Assembly (NCBI GenBank): GCA_050575255.1
Contig: JBNZDD010013627.1
Span: 2,690,607 to 2,754,606 of the forward strand
Direction of reading: 5' to 3'
DNA length: 64,000 bases
From: Harriotta raleighana
Taxonomy: Eukaryota
Shown here: positions 36,364 to 50,380 of the stretch, in pieces
Layout: the number at the start of each line of letters is the position of its first letter
How positions within the stretch are numbered: the first letter of the stretch is position 1
The notes under the pieces: generated by a model
Seen by the model: only the letters and a program-made list of their open reading frames with translations
Told to the model about the DNA's origin: nothing
The model's database searches: none
Program-made: the position numbers and the translations under genes

Positions 36364-36568
36364 CTCCACTTAATGTTCCCTGTGGGTCAAACGTATCGCC
36401 AGCAAGAGTGACTGTTTTTGTCATGATCTTCTTGTCAAAGGTTACTTTCTTAGCATTTTCCAAGGTGTCACACACGAATGCAGAACCAAAAACATGCTGC
36501 ATTGCTTTCTGCAGCTCTGAATTGTATCCAACCAGTGATAGGGCCGTATGGACATTGTCTTCACCCAC
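36364..36568 (-). CDS. SMC2: SMC2 exon 15 (hinge)
   Basis: [15 protein letters not shown]...[17 protein letters not shown], 205 nt. Confidence 0.96.
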
Positions 36569-36590
36569 CTATAACATATAGATTGTGTTA

Positions 36591-36803
36591 CCACATGCCT
36601 AATAATAATCCCTCCAAAATAACAATAATAAAATTGGTCATTTCAATCCAGGACTATTTGTGGGATGCTGCTGTGCACAATTGGTGGTGCGTTTCGCCCA
36701 CAAATATACAGTCAATTCACTTTACAGTATATTCTGTGAAGTACTTTGAGATGTCTAGAAGATGTGAAAAAGCACTATATCAAATTCAATGATTATTATT
36801 ATT
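36591..36803 (+). mobile_element. 5'-truncated SINE ~22 nt from the exon 15 acceptor
   Basis: Body and tail of the 6490 family. Confidence 0.85.
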
Positions 36804-36991
36804 TATGATATGAAATACAGTTACAAAATCATATTTACTTTACATACAATAAAATCACTGAAATTGTTTGAAGTCCTATGGCTGATAGAAGTCAAACTAA
36901 AGCACTTGGATTTGTAAAACTGGACTGGGGACACAGCACACCTTCAATCCGGAGTAATGATTCAATTCCCTTGTAGCTCTGCAGCTCTTAC

Positions 36992-37111
36992 CAAATGTTT
37001 GGCAGCTTTCACTGTTTGATCATTGATGCACCTCCCAGAAATTTTGTTGAGCGGTATGATGGTGTATCTCCGTTTGAGGTCTCCTTTCTCTAGGAGCTTC
37101 TTGCCGGTTAC
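36992..37111 (-). CDS. SMC2: SMC2 exon 14 (hinge)
   Basis: [40 protein letters not shown], 120 nt. Confidence 0.96.
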
Positions 37112-37214
37112 CTAAACAAGAGGGAAAAATATTGAGCAAAGTCCTCATTCTCCTAAGTTTTGGGGGAAAACAATTTTGTACCTTCAATTCAAAACTTCAG
37201 TCACAAGATCTGCA

Positions 37215-37672
37215 CAATAACAACAAAATTACGCTTGTATAGCCTTTTCACTTTAGGAGGACGTCCCAAGGTGCTGGCCAGTCACTGTTTCAGACCCAAG
37301 CTGAGGACCGGGGGAGGGAAGGGGTGTATTAGGAGTTGCCAATGGGTCCATCAAAGAGGAGTCTTGAGGTGAGACTTGAAGGAGGCCGGGGAGGGGGCGA
37401 GGCAGATGGACTGTGGGACAGAGTTCCAGAAGTTGGGGGCAGAGTGGCTGAAAGCTCACCCACCAATGGTGGGACGGTTTGGTCAGGGGGACATGGGGTA
37501 GGCCAGAGCCTGCTGAGCAGAGTGGATGGGTAGATTGAAAAGGGGATAGGAGGTCACGGATGTAGGGTGGGGCGAGGTTGTGGGGGAATTTGATATAGCG
37601 CTTTTTCTTTAAATGTGAGGACCAGTATCTTGAATTGGATCCTTTGGATGATGGAGAGCCAATGGAATTGCA
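37215..37672 (-). mobile_element. L2 LINE 3' fragment
   Basis: Similar to the 3' part of 33953-35300. Confidence 0.8.
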
Positions 37673-37807
37673 ACACAATTTAAGAGATATGTGTCTCGAC
37701 TTAAATAAACTCCAGAAACGATATGCACACAGCATTACGTACAATATATTTTTTCGGTGTGTTTGGCTACTAAAGATGTACTAAAGATGTTATGCACTGT
37801 CACCTAC

Positions 37808-37946
37808 CTCTGTGTCCACCACCACGTTATATAGACGGCCTCCAGCAACCACTTCCAGGGCTGTTGCTGCCGAGATTTCTTTCACAGAGATAAGTGAGGC
37901 AACAAGACCTTTGACTCTATCTGAGTTCCAGTTCTTTTCAGGATCC
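37808..37946 (-). CDS. SMC2: SMC2 exon 13 (hinge)
   Basis: [46 protein letters not shown], 139 nt. Confidence 0.96.
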
Positions 37947-38363
37947 CTAAAAAACAAACACGGGTTCGAAAAAGCTGCTGTTTAATTTATTTCACTGAAA
38001 TTAAAACACTATTCGCCACAGTGAAGATACAAAACATTTCTCAAGTCCATAAAAGAGCAATAATTCACAGTATGATAAAAAGGCTTGCATAGAGGTCATT
38101 ACCCAATGCTGTACAGAAATTCTCCCAATGTGCTGGTTTTCTTTTTCAATTGTATTCTTTTCAAAGCATACTCCCACCCACCAGACACAATGATAGTTCA
38201 TTCAACAATTTATCTTTAACATGGAGTGCACAGGGTAAGTCCCTGCTACCTGTATAAGTTACTAAAACGTCAAATCAGCCAAATGTCAGAACACTTTGTG
38301 GCAATGCACGCATCTATTTGCTTTGTAATTTGCCAAAATATTTAAGTACCTATTATAGAATGC

Positions 38364-38673
38364 AATAATAATAATCCTCGCATTTGATATAGCACTTTTC
38401 ACGTCTGACATCTCAAAGCACTTCACAGAATATACTGTAAAGTGAATTGACTGTATGTTTGTGGGCGAAACACGGCAGCCAATTACATACAGCAGTGTCC
38501 CACAGAGTTGTTGATTGAAATGACCAATTTTATTATTGTTTATTTTGGAGGTATTATTATTAGGCATGTGGAGTAAGGAAGCTTGCCTAAAGTTTCAACC
38601 TGACCTGACTGGATTCAAACACAGATCTCACGCTTGGAAGGTGAGTGCTCTAACCACTGAGCTACAGGACTCC
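38364..38673 (-). mobile_element. tRNA-derived SINE (full length)
   Basis: 6490 family. Confidence 0.88.
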
Positions 38674-38740
38674 ACATTAAGACTCTAAATTTTAACTGCG
38701 TGCTTATGCAATATCAAGGCTAGAGAATAGTAATTCTTAC

Positions 38741-38858
38741 TTGTAATCAAATCTTAAATTGGGGAATTTTCCCACCAAGGTTTCATAGGATTCTCTGAGC
38801 TTATTTACAGCTCGCGACAGGTCTCGGCGCTGGTCTAAAAGCTTCTCTTCTTTCCCAT
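38741..38858 (-). CDS. SMC2: SMC2 exon 12
   Basis: DGKEEKLLDQRRDLSRAVNKLRESYETLVGKFPNLRFDY, 118 nt. Confidence 0.94.
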
Positions 38859-39404
38859 CTTAAAAAAGAAGAAAATGTGTGAGAGAATACAATTACAGTA
38901 CAAAATAATAGTAATAGTCCAATTCTTTGGCTTTGAACTTTTACAACAATACAATGAAAGCCCAAATTGCAAATGCTGGAAATTTGCAGCAATTTGATCA
39001 GCACCCGAAAGAGAAAGGCGAGTTAATCTTATCTGCATGACCTAGTTAAAAAGCTGTCAGCCTAGACAATATGGGAGCTACAATCTACAATTTTCTCTTT
39101 CGGATGCAAACGTGGTACCAACTGAGCCAATAGATGCATAACCTTTCTGAGCTTGTAATATTGATAATAATAATAATAATCCTTGCATTTGATATAGCGC
39201 TTTTCACATTTTATCGACGTCTCAAAGCGCTTCACAGAATATACTGTAAAGTGAATTGACTCTATATTTGTGGGTGAAACGCAGCAGCCAATTGCGCACA
39301 GCAGTGTCCCACAAACAGTCATGGATTGAAATGATTTTGAGATGTTAGTTAGTTTATAATCACAGTAGAATTTGCACAGCCCACAATGCAGAAACTCGTC
39401 AAAC

Positions 39405-39564
39405 CTTCATAATTCAGTTTCTTCATTTCAGCTTCGAGTCTTTCTTTGTTTTTTTTAACAGCCTCAAAAGCATCTTGATCTTTCTTGTAACCACTGTCCA
39501 TCTTCTTCACCTCTGCTTGCTTGGTCTTCAGTTCCCCCTGAGCATGTTTCAACTTCATCTGAGC
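39405..39564 (-). CDS. SMC2: SMC2 exon 11
   Basis: [53 protein letters not shown], 160 nt. Confidence 0.95.
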
Positions 39565-41666
39565 CTAAAGAACGATAGTGATCCAGTTTAGAATTTAGAA
39601 AGGAATTTTAGTATTTGAATATTTACGCCTTCGCAGTAAAACAACAACTAGCATTTATATGAATGCATTACTGCATATTGTACACTATATACACTCACAC
39701 AGATACAATCAAATCCTAATAAATAGTTACAGAGGGAAAAGAGCTGCCTGGGAATTGATGCATAGATTCTCCCCGATCACTAAGGAGCATTGCAGTAGGC
39801 AGGACCTACACTAACACACACTGCACCAGGCAAGGTAAGCAACTGTCAGTGTGACAAAATGACCCCCTCCCTGTGACTGACAGTTTATTTGTTAAATCTC
39901 ATTTAAGTTATGTTTAGGTATAGGCACAAAATGCACTTATTTATATTAGTATCTATCACTTAATTCTGTAACCACATTGGAAATTGTGCACTTTTCGGGA
40001 GTTGTACGGTAGTGTATTAGTGTATTAAACTGTACTTCCAGGTACTGTAGTATTATATGTAAAAACTAAACATCTCTTTGTGGGAAACAATTTGCAGACA
40101 ACAAAATGCATATAACTGTCTTCTTGATCATTTTCAAAATGATAAAATATGGCACAGTCGAATATCACTCATCTGTCGTATCAATGTACTTACCTTTTCC
40201 AAGGTACTCTATTTCACGTAAGAGGATGGGTTCACTGGGTGAGTTTGACCATCTTCCCACAGTACAGGGCCCTCATCAGAAGCGTTTACTTTGGGTGCTG
40301 GCCAGCCAGGCGGCTTGCTGACATGTTCTGATAGTACAGGCAAGTTCACTCCAGGTCACTTTAATTTATCCAATCTAGTTTAATTATGGGGGTTTCTAGA
40401 ATGCAACTGCTTATGTTTTAAGTGGAATGATGAATAAATTGGAGCCCCCTTTTCACATTTTGCATGGGAAGTGGCTGGGATATTGACAGGAAGGTGACTT
40501 AAGCCATGTGGCTATTTAAGCCAGTGTCTTATTATCAGGAGTTTATGGTTTACAAATGTATATGTATACATATTCTGNGGAATGATGTGGAATGATGAAT
40601 AAATTGGAGCCCCCTTTTCACATTTTGCATGGGAAGTGGCTGGGATATTGACAGGAAGGTGACTTAAGCCATGTGGCTATTTAAGCCAGTGTCTTATTAT
40701 CAGGAGTTTATGGTTTACAAATGTATATGTATACATATTCTGCTCTTTATACATGATAGCATCTTGAGGGCTTCACAATGGTGGGGTTGAATGCCGAGCG
40801 AGGGAGAAGGGGGAGGTGATAACAGGCACAGTCAAAGAGTCAATTCTCAATATAGGATTTAGAAATAAACCTGGGGCAAGATACAGGGATTTCCAGGTTA
40901 GGGTCAAAGACAATGATCCCATATAGAAAATGTGCATAAAAGACACTAGGATCACATTGAAAATATATATTTTTAACAATTTTAGGCACAAGCTCAAGAC
41001 TTAGGGACACACTGGAATGGGCATTATTAGATTAATAGTCTGTACTTCAGCACTTTCCGCAGTGAACAAGATTAGTTTGACAAGCTAGTATGCTAGACTT
41101 GTGACATCCTCTCGATGTGTAATGCGCTATATAAATGTAATATTGTATTGTCTTTGCCGGATCTTAACACAGCTTTCCGGTTTCAGAGTCTGATTCAATC
41201 AAGATGTTGCTTCAACATAAAATATACTTTTTTTTAATAAAAAAACAACTGTCTTCAACCAGTCTTCAAACCATCTCTATGTCCCTAATCCTTCTTTAAA
41301 ATTCACATTATTTATTGATCTAAATACACATTTAGGTTTCATATTCACTTCAAATGTAGCCATACTTTTGTTACTGTGGCTCCATTATCCTATTCATAAT
41401 GGTCAGAGACCCATGGAATCAGCTCTGAATTGACTGAAACCAAAAAGCTTTCAGAAGTTTTTAAAAAGTCAAATACTAACTTCATATTGCAGTTTGTCCC
41501 AATTATATTATCAACATATTCAAGTCACTCTAGAGTGCAAATTACAGGGTGCTAAAGTGTATACGACGTAATATTGCACAATGTAGAATCCGTTACCAAC
41601 AACAGAAGCCTGGAGTTTCAGGAGTGTCTTAGCTGCAGATAAAAATCACATTATGGCACAGTTTAC

Positions 41667-41900
41667 CTGCTTGGCCTCGGTCTCCGCTTTGCTTAAATCA
41701 TTCTTGCAGGTCATCATCTGGCCAGCGATAGTCGCTGCCTCACCATCCTCATTAATGGAAAGACCAGCAGAAACAGCATTGAAGTGCTTCTGAGCAGTTG
41801 CCAGGGCTTCCTCATCTCGGGAACTGGTTTCCTGCAGAGCGATGAATTCATCCGAAATCTTCTTCGCTTCCTTCTCATTTGTTAATCGAGTCGCAGCATC
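41667..41900 (-). CDS. SMC2: SMC2 exon 10
   Basis: [19 protein letters not shown]...[40 protein letters not shown], 234 nt. Confidence 0.95.
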
Positions 41901-43012
41901 CTACCAAGGAACACAGGCAGCAGTTACTTTAGCTAGGTTTTTCTTTGCATAAACAGCAAGGCTTTGCTGTTAAGTCTTAATGATTTGAAACCAGACAGTC
42001 AGACGAAAGTTTAGCAACACCCTGGAATTCAATGAACTGTGCCAAAACTCCCTTCCTATCCACCTTCAAGATGTATCTCAAAACCCTCTTCTTCGATCGA
42101 GATTTTGGCTACCCGACTCTCCCACTCCCCAATCCCAACACCCAGCTCAGAGATCCCAGACTGTCCAGTGCCTTGGGGCGACCTCCCGACGTGAAAGGCA
42201 CTAAACAAATCTAATTTTGCATTGTATTATATAACTCAACCGTTGAAATCTCACTCAATTCAAACTCCTCTGCTCTCAATGGCCAATTAACCATTCCAGC
42301 AAAGCAACTGCCGTGGAATCCAATCCTGCAGAGTTCAGAATAATCTGCACCTTGCAGAGATAAGAGTTCCCATCTCTTTCCTCCATGAGCCTCATATTAT
42401 ATAATAATAATCCTTGCATTTGATATAGCGCTTTTCATGTCTTCTAGTTGTCTCAAAGCGCTTCACAGAATATACTGTAAAGTGAATTGACTGTATATTT
42501 GTGGGCAAAACGCGGCAGCCAATTGTACACAGCAGTGTCCCACAAACACTGGATTGAAATGACAAATTTACTACAGGTTTTTTTTTTGACTGATTATTAT
42601 TAGGCATGTGGAGTAAGGAAATTAATGCAAGTTCACTTTTGGAGTGATTGTGCGGACCCTGAGATTTATTTATCAAAAAACAGTCCAATTGTACTCAGAA
42701 AGTGTCATCTTACATCAAAATACCAGCCAGTTTGTTTAGCTAAGCAATGGCCGATTACTGGCGTACGTACAGTGAAAGCAGAAAAATCTAATGACAATTG
42801 CTCCCCATTACTACTTTGGTTTTCTTTTATGGACCCAAACTACTGTGTTATAGAAGATCTTTACTATAAATGGTGCATTAAAAACTTGAAAAGAATTACA
42901 GCAGGAGCTTTAAAAGAAAAGCTGAAGAGCCAAGAACATAAGAATTCTAAATAAAATATGAATGTTTTTAAAGCCATCTCCAGTTTAAATTGCACTGATA
43001 AGCATCTCTCAC

Positions 43013-43162
43013 CTCCTCCATAGCTTTGACAATCTCTTTACGTTTCTTCTCTTCTGCTTGAAGGCTGTCGTTCTTGTGATCGAGTGAGCTCTGTACTTTA
43101 ACTTCCTTACGGTGAGCTTCGTTCACTGCCTCTTCTAGCGTCCGAAGTACTCCACCAACCTC
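43013..43162 (-). CDS. SMC2: SMC2 exon 9
   Basis: EVGGVLRTLEEAVNEAHRKEVKVQSSLDHKNDSLQAEEKKRKEIVKAMEE, 150 nt. Confidence 0.94.
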
Positions 43163-43391
43163 CTGCGACACAGCAAACAGAAAATGAAATGGCCACCCAA
43201 ACTTATCAAAGACTCAGTACAAAGCTATTCAGCTGCAGGAAATAGTTTCTGGCCATTTTGTTTACAGATCTAAGGCTAGGAAAGAACAAACAACGTTCCA
43301 TTCAACTCCCAGGTTTTGTATCAATTCAAGACAACCCCTCGATTTCCAATATTTTCAATAGAAATTGGCCAATTAGGCAAATATACATTTA

Positions 43392-44236
43392 CAACAACAG
43401 ATTGCATTTACATAACGGCTTTCATCCAAGGCACTGGGCAATGAGGGCTTTGCCCCTGATCAGCGGGTTGGGAACAGAGAGGGGTGGAGGGCAGGGAGAG
43501 TGGATGAAGGAAGATGACCAAAGTCACAGTGCAAAATATTGATCTTAAGATGGGCTGTGAATGAGGCATGGGAGGGGGTAAGGTGGAGGAGCTCTGGGAT
43601 GGAGTTCCAGAGGATGGGGGCTAAAAGGCTGAAGGTCCGACCAACAATTATGGAACAGACAGGTCAGGAGACATAGAGCAAGCCCGTGCCTGTATAGCAG
43701 AGGGAGTGGACAGGTTGGTGAAGTTTTTAATAGGTTGTAGAGGTTTGGAGGAGCAAGACTGTGAAGGGCTTTAAAGATGAGGACAAGGATGTTGAACGTC
43801 ATCCTCTGGAGCCTGTGAAGCCAGGTGAGGATTGGGGCGATTGCTTCACAAAGCTTGTTGCAGAAGAGGACACATCATGCAAATTCCTGAATAATCTACA
43901 TCTTGCAAAGATAAGAGTACCCAACTATTTCCTCCATGAGCCTCAGAATATATAATAATCCTTGCATTTGATATAGCGCTTTTCACGTCTTCTAGACGTT
44001 TCAAAGCACTTCACAAATATATTGTAAAGTGAATTGATTGTATGTATTTGTAGGCAGAACGCAGCAGGCAGCAGTTGTGGATTCCAATGACCAATTTATT
44101 ATTGGAGGTTTTTCTTGAGGGATTATTATCAGGTGTGTGGAGTAAGGAATCTTATCCAAGGGTTTCGCTCTCCTGGAAATTGAACACAGGTCTTCGCTTG
44201 CAAGGCAAGTGCTCTATCCACTGAGCTATAGGACTG
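43392..44236 (-). mobile_element. Adjacent L2 3' fragment (43392-43915) and SINE (43951-44236)
   Basis: FNILVLIFKALHSL motif. SINE head and tail on the minus strand. Confidence 0.75.
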
Positions 44237-44391
44237 GGAAGTGGTGGAACGAGTTGCCCAACACATTGTGTTTTACAGTTTAGACTGTTTAGTAAGATAC
44301 TTTGCAGTATTTCCAACAACCTGTCAAGAATTACCAGTGTTATTACCTAACCCAAAACAGAATTTGATAATCTGTGAATTGTCCGTGGTAC

Positions 44392-44625
44392 CTTGTCTCG
44401 GAGTTTCTCCAGTTCAGCTACTTCTTTGTTGATTTCCTTCACCTTCTTCTCACTGTCCGTAATGACCTGTTGAAGCTTGACAATGCTCTCTTGCATCTCT
44501 TTTAGGTCTTCTGCAGAGCGTAGCTTGGTCTCTTCAGCACAAACAAACTGATACGCCACGTAGAGACGGCTGAGATGTTCAACCTCTCGCATTACTTTCT
44601 GGTATTCCAGATATGAAGATCTTTC
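44392..44625 (-). CDS. SMC2: SMC2 exon 8
   Basis: [37 protein letters not shown]...LEKLRDK, 234 nt. Confidence 0.96.
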
Positions 44626-46217
44626 CTACAATCACAACACACACAATCAGCACACTGGGTCCTTCAGACTTCATACAGACTGTTTAGAAAGTGAGAAAAT
44701 ATTGCGTGTTGCATTGTATAACAACAATTCACCCCCTTTTTGATAGCTTCATGAAATGTCTCGAAGCGTTTCATATTTTACTGTTAAATATAGTGACTGT
44801 TTGCAAACGTGGAAGCCGATTTGGCCATAGCAATGTCCTCAAAAAAGGCTAGGAAATGAATGACCAATTGATCTGGAGCAGACTGACTAGAATACCGAGA
44901 CAAACTCCTGTTTCAAATCATGTTATGGTTTCCTTAATGTCCAACGTCAATAGAAAAAACCTTGGTTTACTATTTCATGTAAAGTAACTCAGCTCTATGG
45001 GACTTGAATCTACAACCTCTGACCAGCGGCAAGAATGCAACCAAACAAACCAATCCGATATCATGTTTATCAGGGATCTGGAATCACGGAATCATCTGGG
45101 ATCTGGAATCATGGAATCGTATCCCGCGGACGCTAAATGCATTCACATAGCCTTTTATTTGAAGTTTGTTTAATGCAGTTAAAAGGACAATTATGAGCCC
45201 CAGTTTAAGTTGTATAATTTATGTATAGTCAACAGAAAATGCCAAAGGTTAGGGCCAAACACCTCCCAAATTGCTGCTGTGTTTGCCTTTGTGCTCTCGC
45301 AATCGGAGGGACAGACTTGAAATTGACGGGATAGCACTCCATGGAGTCTGATGGGCGTCACTCTTAAAGGAGAGGGAATACATCAAATGTGTGAAACGTA
45401 CAAGGTCAGAAGGGGAAATAGGGACTATTTGAATTTATAATCCTTGCATTTCATATAGCACTTTTCATGTCTTCTAAACGTCTCAAAGTGCTTCACAGAA
45501 TATGAAGAATGTAAAGTGAATTGACTGTATATTTTTGGGCGATACGTGGCAGCTAATTGCGCACAGCAGCGTACCACAAACAGTCGTGGATTGAAATGAC
45601 CAATTTTACTTGAGGCAATGGACTGTAAATAAGCAAGTTGTTTGCTCAGTGTCACCATAACTCTCCTAAACCTCATCATAAAATTATCCTTAGTGTTCAC
45701 GATCAGCAGAGTACCTTAAGAGGAAAACAAATTGTGTAATGGAAAATGGCGAAGCAAAGTAAGACCCAATGTGTCAAGAAATCTAAAGTTTGGATCATTT
45801 TCACTTGCCCTGTGAACAGCTGGCATTTCACATCTCCATGCTACGATAATGACAGAGAACATTTTATATAATGTCTATTAATGATGGGAAATTTCATTCA
45901 GTTTAACAATCTCTCAATCAGCTATCTGGAGCTCATTCTCTTCGCTTTGGTTATACTCTCTTGCCTTCAAACCACCCCTAAGAATATATTTCACTGTAGG
46001 TTTTGTTTACCCTCTTATTCTCCCTTCATCTCTACCTAGGTTATCCTGTGTCTCTGAAGCAATGAGGAAATGCTTCCTACATTTGGGTGCTATAGAAATT
46101 CAAGTTGTTGTAGTAGGCACAACACTTAACGGAAATCCTCTTTTAAAATAATTTTCAAACCAATTTGATTTTACAAGTCACAGACTCCTTCAATGAAGGA
46201 AACTGCTAAGTGCATAC

Positions 46218-46262
46218 CTCCTTCAGTTTCTGAACAGTTGGGGTAATTTCTTCTTCCAGAAT
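46218..46262 (-). CDS. SMC2: SMC2 exon 7
   Basis: ILEEEITPTVQKLKE, 45 nt, AG/GT. Confidence 0.93.
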
Positions 46263-46394
46263 CTAGAATAAGAAAACAAACATCAAGAAAACAAAACCAA
46301 CAGAAATATTTCGCAGAAGGAATAGGTAGAACAAGTCATACATATAGTTATTAAATCAAAAATCTTCTGAATTCTGATAACAAAGAAATAAACA

Positions 46395-46657
46395 AATAAA
46401 ATGCAAAATACTGCAGATGCTGAAAATCTGAAACAAAAACAGACGTCGCTGTGAACACTACGCAGGTCAGGCAGTATCTTAAGGGATATGGGGATATGTC
46501 GGGCAGGTAGAGTTAGATTAGAAGATTCAGCCATGATCTTATTGACTGGTGGGGCAGGCTCGAGGGGCCGACTGGCCTACTCCTGCTCCTTATTCTTATG
46601 TTTATCTGTGGAGAAAGAAAAGTGAGCCAACATTTCGGGTCCCTTTGTCAGAATTGG
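46395..46657 (-). mobile_element. Penelope-like terminal repeat interrupted by a CR1 3' end (46484-46602, +)
   Basis: GCAGGTCAGGCAGTATCT [CR1] TATCTGTGGAGAAAG...TTTCGGGTCCCTTTGTCAGAATTGG. Confidence 0.55.
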
Positions 46658-47220
46658 GGCATGTTGGAAGGTATTCAATTAATTACTTATTACTGCATGC
46701 TTTCCAACCTAAAGTGTGAATATCCTATATTTTCGATTACAGGAGTAAATGGCCTTAATTTGAAATGCACCATGTAACAGCATACCCCATCACTTCTCCA
46801 GACTCACAATCCAAAGTTCCTGATCTTCATCACACAAGCACAGGCTCAAAATTGCTCAGGTCTTATTCCAAATCCATCCCTGATTCTCATCCATATATAT
46901 TCTTAAACAGATTTACACAATTTGCAGGGTTTGGCTCTCCACGAATTTAAAAGCTCAGAACACATTCACAAACAGCTCATTGAAGAAACTAGCATTTTTG
47001 TTCAGTTGCAAATAATTAAAATATATAATTAAACACTATCTGCTTTTATTTCACTTGTATGCAAGGCATCCCTCCTCTGTACTGCTCTTGATTCATGGTC
47101 CTCTAAGCCCAAAAGAAATAAAGCCAGTGGATATGTGACCATCAATCTCCTGTATGAATGGAAAATATTGATCAGAAACTCTACCTGACATAGAGACAGA
47201 GGGGAATATAATCCATTTAC

Positions 47221-47331
47221 CTTGCAGATTTCTTTCAGCTTACTCTCCTTTTTCTCAATGGTTTTCTGGGCTGTTAATTTCTTACACTCATACATTCTGG
47301 TTCCTGCTGCTTCCTCGATCATAGATAAGAT
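47221..47331 (-). CDS. SMC2: SMC2 exon 6
   Basis: [37 protein letters not shown], 111 nt. Confidence 0.96.
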
Positions 47332-47626
47332 CTTAGGAATGAGAATCAAAGTTAACACAATATTCCTAAAATTGGACAACTTTCATGTAGTTGCTTTCAA
47401 AAGCACTACTCTTTCTCTCAAAGGTAAAAATAACAATTTGCATTTATATGGCATCTTTCACGCCACCCAGGGAGAACATTTCAAAGTACTTTACAAAGAC
47501 TGTAGGAGCTCAAGATGGGAGGATGGGGCAGGAGGGAGGTAACAAAAAGCACAAAGAGAGGATTTTAGAAGTTCTGAAAGCCAATAGAGAGTGCAGAGTG
47601 AAAGAAATTTGGAGTAAATAATAATA

Positions 47627-47995
47627 CAGTAAAACCCCGTTTATCCAGCACCCATTAAAATTTAAAAAAAATATATTTTAACACATACCATATTAATAAT
47701 AGACTAAATAATAACAGAATGTTGTATTAGCACTTTATTATTTATACTTAACTTTGCAAAGGCAGCCCTCACCCGACGGAGGTAAAAAAAACCACCCAAC
47801 TTTTAAAAGGAGCAGGAGCAAATTTAGACCCGACTAGTGGCCAGTCGCAAGAACTCGCGTGCGACAGTCAATTCATTAAACACGTCATTACTATTCGCCA
47901 GATAACTTCTGGTTCATTGAATCAGGACTTTTTTTGAGATGGCGGTTGAACGGGTTTTCTGGTTTATCGAGTCATGGATAAATTAGGTTTTACAG
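47627..47995 (+). mobile_element. pogo/Tigger-like MITE, copy A (short)
   Basis: TA|CAGTAAAACCCCGTTTATCC ... GGATAAATTAGGTTTTACAG|TA. Confidence 0.8.
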
Positions 47996-48293
47996 TATAA
48001 TTCTTGCATTTCATTTAGGTTTTATCACATCATAGAGACATCTCAAATCCAGTATCTTGTGAAGCATTTTGATATGTCTCTACATTGCGTATATTTTGTG
48101 GGCGCATTTCAAAGGGTGGGAAGCAAAGGTTCTGACAGCTCATTCTCCAATGATTAGAGTGAGCAGGAACATAGAGCTGGCAGTACAGAATGAGTGACTG
48201 TTGAGTACAGGATCACAGGAGATTGCTGAGGTAGAGATGGGCAAGACTGTTGAGGTAACAAAGGCATGGCAGCAGCCAAGCAAGATAATAATA

Positions 48294-49131
48294 CAGTAAA
48301 ACCTCGTTTATCCATGACTCAAATAATCGGAAAACCCGTTCAACCGCTATCTCAAAAAAAAAGTTCCAATCCGACTAACCAGAAGTTATCATATTGAATG
48401 TCAGGTCTAAACTCATTCCGGGTCCTTTTAAAAGGCGCGTTTTTTTAACCTCGTTCAGATGTGCCTGTCGTTGAGAAGTTAAGTACTGTATACATAATAA
48501 ATACTGCTGCAAGTAGCGGCCAGAGAGAGAGGGAGGGAGGGAGCGGAATGGAGGGGAGGAAACAGAGAGGGAAGGGAGGGGGAATGGAGTGAAAGAGAGT
48601 GGGGGGGAATGAGATATGGGGAAAGGTAGAAAGAGAGATAGGGAAAAGCATAATGGAGTGAGAGAGAGAGAGAAATGGCAGGCAGGTTGATGCAGAGGGA
48701 GGGAGAGAGAGGAAAGGGACAGAGAGGGGGGGATGAGGTTTGTGGATAGAATTCATATGATGGATTCAGACTGAATATCTTTGAGGGTCTGTGACTGTCT
48801 GTGTGTCTGTCTGTGTGTCTGTCTGTGTGTGTGCTGGCCGTTAAGTCTAAACTCGTTGCTTTTAAAGTTGCGTTTTTTACCTCCCGTCGAATCAGTGCTG
48901 CAATTGTGAAGTTAAGTATAAATAATAATGTACTAATAGAATATTCTGTTATTATTGATATGGTATGTGTCCATTATTGATATGGTATGTGTTAAAATAA
49001 TTTTTGATTTTTTGGGGAGGAAACATTATATTTAATAAAATCAATTTTTAAAAATAAATCCGTTCAACCAGAAAAACATTTAACCGCCACTGGCCAGGTC
49101 CCATGGGTGCCGGATAAAAGGGGTTTTATTG
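48294..49131 (-). mobile_element. pogo/Tigger-like MITE, copy B (inverted relative to A and D)
   Basis: TA|CAGTAAAACCTCGTTTATCC ... GGATAAAAGGGGTTTTATTG|TA, with an internal purine-rich tract. Confidence 0.85.
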
Positions 49132-50341
49132 TAATCCTTTAATTTAATGTAGCGCTTTTCACATTTTCTAGATATCTCAAAGCGCTTCACAGAATATACT
49201 GTGAAGTGAATTGACTGTATATTTGTGAGCGTACCGCAGCAACCAATTATGCACAGTAGTCATGGCTTGATGTGATTATTGTTTTTTTTTAAATCAGGCA
49301 CAAGGAAGCAAGGAAATTTACCCATGGTTTTGCCTTGCCAGAAATCTAAATAGGTTTTATCAATGGTGAGTTGACAAAAAGTTAAAGCCCAACTATGACT
49401 TGATGTCTATTGAACAGCGGTGGTTCTGGGGTCAAGTGTGAAAGCAGAAAGATAGGAGTTAGGTGTCATCTGCATATTTGTGAAAGTGAACCCCTTGTCT
49501 GCCGATGATCTGGTAGTGGAGCAAAGGTAATATCACATGACTAAAGGGGGTACAACAACATTACATTTGCATAGAGGCTTGCATGTCGGGATGGCATCCT
49601 ATGGCACTGGACAGACAGAATTTTGGATAAGGCAAAACTGTTAAGAGGCATAGTAAAGATGAAAAACTGCAAAGAAAGTAGTTAATAAAAGATCTGTCAG
49701 GGCTTATCGGACCATATCCATCTTCATTCTGCAAAAGTTATATTGCCACATCCTTCTATTCCTTTGTTGAATGATCTGACCAAAAATACACAAGTCAATA
49801 TAGTATGTGATGTTGATATCCCAGAGATACCTTAGGCACTACATAAATGTGAGTTGTTGTTTTATACCAGTGATACAGTGTAAAGCGATTTGGATCCTGA
49901 GTTGGTGCACTGCTTCAGACAGTCACAATGCCTCCCTCCTTCCATAGCGGATCAATCTTGCAAATGACACCTCACCATTGCACAGATATCAGGATCAGTT
50001 ACATCGTACCCAGTTCTGAACAGGAAGCTCTCTAGGAAACCAGAACTACTGAAATAAAGGATCATTTACAAAGTCTCAGCATAACCCAGGATTGGGAATG
50101 GTTATGTTTTAGTCAAAGCCCTTAAATAATGCATAAGCAACAAAGTTATCAGGGAAATAAATACTAAGGTAATAGCTTCAGGGAATAGATCGGGGAATGA
50201 TAGCCCTTTTATATTTCAGAACTTTGTCTCTAAAAGCTGTCATTCTTTGAACATTGTTCACACATGTTTGCCCAGATAATCCACAGCACAATACTATATA
50301 CAGTACTGTATAAAAACTGTGAAGCTTCAGTGCTCACTCAC

Positions 50342-50380
50342 CTCTGGAGGCTTCATGTTCAAGACTTTAGTGATACGCCC
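50342..50380 (-). CDS. SMC2: SMC2 exon 5 (39 nt)
   Basis: GRITKVLNMKPPE, ctAG...GTGAGT. Confidence 0.94.

Noticed and set aside
40424-40742. ~155-bp tandem duplication
   Set aside because: Joined by a single N at 40578, so likely an assembly overlap.
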